Shown: positions 61,914-64,000 of the stretch, piece after piece
Position numbering within the stretch: the stretch's first letter is position 1
Layout of the letters: each line of letters starts with the position of its first letter
DNA from: Kudoa neothunni
Lineage: Eukaryota > Animalia > Cnidaria
Assembly (NCBI GenBank): GCA_964304625.1
Contig: OZ199840.1
Location: 1,380,733-1,444,732, forward strand
Direction: 5' to 3'
Length of the DNA: 64,000 bases
Notes under the pieces: model-generated
Database searches by the model: none
Told to the model about the DNA's origin: nothing
The model's input: only the letters and a program-made list of their open reading frames with translations
Translations under genes and position numbers: made by a program

Positions 61914-63832
61914 TTATAATGAAGACTTTTTTAATTTATGAAAGGGATATTTTTTCCAGAAGACAACCAAAAACCCCGCAATTGCCACCAAAATGCAGGT
62001 GATAGGCAAAACTACAATCAGAACTCCTCTCTGATTCAAATACTTTGAATCGTGCGATACATTGTTAGAATTTGGTCTCTTGTTATTTCTAGAGACAACT
62101 CCAATTCCTCCAGTTCTTTTCTCTTTATATTTGAGTTCAGTTTTGTTCACGGTAACTGGTTTTGACTTGGTTGAAACCTGGGTATTTGTGTTGTCCACTG
62201 TAATTGGATCTAACACGATTGGAATCTGAGTTTTGGGGTTATCCACGGTGACTGCGATTGTTTTAGGCCTAACATTTGGAAGTTTGATGTTCCATTTAGA
62301 TAACAACTGTTCTTCATGTTTAGCTAAACTTGAGATAGATTCTTTGACTTGTTTAGAAAGATAGTCGTTTTCTTTCTTTATGATATCAATTTGACTTTTG
62401 ATTTGTGGTAACTTATTTTCTATACTGTTGATACTGTTCAAATATATTTTAACTTTATTTGAATTCCCTTCTGCAGGAGAAAAAATATCGCGGCCCTGGG
62501 AGAATTTTTTCAATTTTGAACCGACGATATCAATAACTGAACCAAATTTACCGTTGCCCACGTATACAAGGGCCTCTAGCGTATCGATAATATATTCGAA
62601 GGTCACCTCAATGTTACGCTTCGGGATGAAAATACTATGAAACAGTGCTGCTACAGCTGTTTTCAAATTATTAATTTCAACAAATTTCAGCCGAATATTT
62701 TGGATTTCATTTCGGTATTGAGATTCATCCAACAAAGATTTGACTTGATTGAGATAATTTTCGACGTCAGTTAAATTATTGTCAGTGAGTTGGGGATTAA
62801 ATTTTGGGATATTTCCAATTATTTCTTTCCATTGATTTATTTTATTTTCTAGTTGTCCATGAAGCGAACGAGTATTTTGATACTCCTTGGCCACATTGTC
62901 CAATTCTTGTACATATTGAGGAAATTTCGATTGATACCATCCAAAATTCATAGTGTCATCATAAAGCTTTTTTAGAATTTTGTAGGTATCAACCAACTTG
63001 AGGTCATACGATAGTATATCCACTCGTAATAGAGCATATTGAAACAACGTGGCAGACACGGAGCGGTCCATTTTAGGGATAACTTTGTTCTGATTACAGG
63101 CTGTTGTCAACAATTCATAATTGCCACCAAAATTTTTCCACGTTTTTTCTATTTTTTCTTTCAAATTATCGGTATTATTAATTTTTTCATAATCATTAGC
63201 ATTATTTTCGCCAACGCTTTTGTCGCAGATTTTTTTAGAGTATTCAATCGAATCTTTGTAAGTTTTTAGAAGTCCCATGAAATAATCGAAAGCATTATTT
63301 AGTCTTATGATCCAGCGAAGTTGGCCAGAAAGCGTCATTAGATCCACTCTAAATTTTTCCACAACAAACGCAGAATTCCTAGCGTCGTTCATACGGGCGC
63401 TCGAATTTGTTATGTACACGCCCAATACTTTCTTAGTTCCTTCGAGGTGGTATATAATGTGATGGTAATCAACCAAAAATTTATATGACTCAATAATTGT
63501 ATTTAAATATTTGGTTGATGCTATCCTATAGCTTTTTTGTACGGATTTCGCCGTAGCTATCTCTTTAGTTAATTGGGATGTATCACATTTCTTATATTTT
63601 TGTTGGTCTGAAAAGTCGTATTTTTTTCCAATAAACTTGGTCGAAAGGATAATTTTTGTTATTTGTGCATTTGGATGCATGTAGGTCGTTTATGATTTGG
63701 GGAACCTCTCTATCAGATTCGTCCAGAGAAGAAACATATCTGAATCCAACGCCTACAGTTTCAACAATTAAATTTTGTTTATTGCTAAAGATATCTACTT
63801 AACAAACACATTGCGAGGAGATATAGCTTCAT
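61914..63832 (-). CDS. Lineage-specific helical/coiled-coil type I membrane protein
   Basis: Signal exon MKLYLLAMCLL (ATG at 63832) and a 588-codon open frame with heptad-like Lys/Asn/Ile-rich helices, a Thr/Pro-rich stalk, and TM GVLIVVLPITCILVAIAGFLVVFW followed by KK. The 5' junction is ambiguous (see findings). Confidence 0.75.
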
Positions 63833-64000
63833 TGTGCTCTCCTATTCCATTAATCTTCCTACTAAAATAGGATTCACTAATCCTCTTCAATTATATTTAT
63901 ATATTGTGTATTTCAATAGATACAGAGGATGAACTATTTATGCGGGTTCGTATAATTCCTTCTCGTTATTAACTGACCATTATAAGCTCAATTAATGTTC

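Overview
This is AT-rich eukaryotic nuclear DNA, not a prokaryotic locus. Genes are compact and split by many short GT-AG introns (mostly about 40-60 nt). Gene content (CSRP/MLP, HSBP1, E2F4/5, Kunitz and FN3-like proteins) points to a fast-evolving, reduced metazoan. A parasite such as a myxozoan is plausible but cannot be proven from this window. Recognisable housekeeping genes: AIMP1, VPS37, RPL39, POLA2, TSFM, CSRP, SMU1, E2F4/5, GRPEL, VPS35, AARS1, HSBP1 and RPL19. They alternate with four lineage-specific secreted or surface genes: a Cys-rich FN3-like type I membrane protein, a five-domain atypical Kunitz protein, an Asp-rich secreted protein and a coiled-coil membrane protein. Between genes lie many DNA transposons: a young DD34E Tc1/IS630-like element with perfect TIRs, piggyBac, MULE, pogo/Tigger and hAT remnants, hAT MITEs and a probable Helitron. 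Best leads: (1) an intron-containing membrane-protein pseudogene bracketed by long inverted repeats, suggesting Pack-type gene capture; (2) the unusual FN3 and Kunitz proteins; (3) CGCGC and CACGTG motifs sitting 0-40 bp from start codons; (4) a hairpin-rich GC island next to TSFM; (5) an intronless E2F with an eroded pocket-protein-binding motif. Exon models and alignments were done by eye, and no database searches were run.
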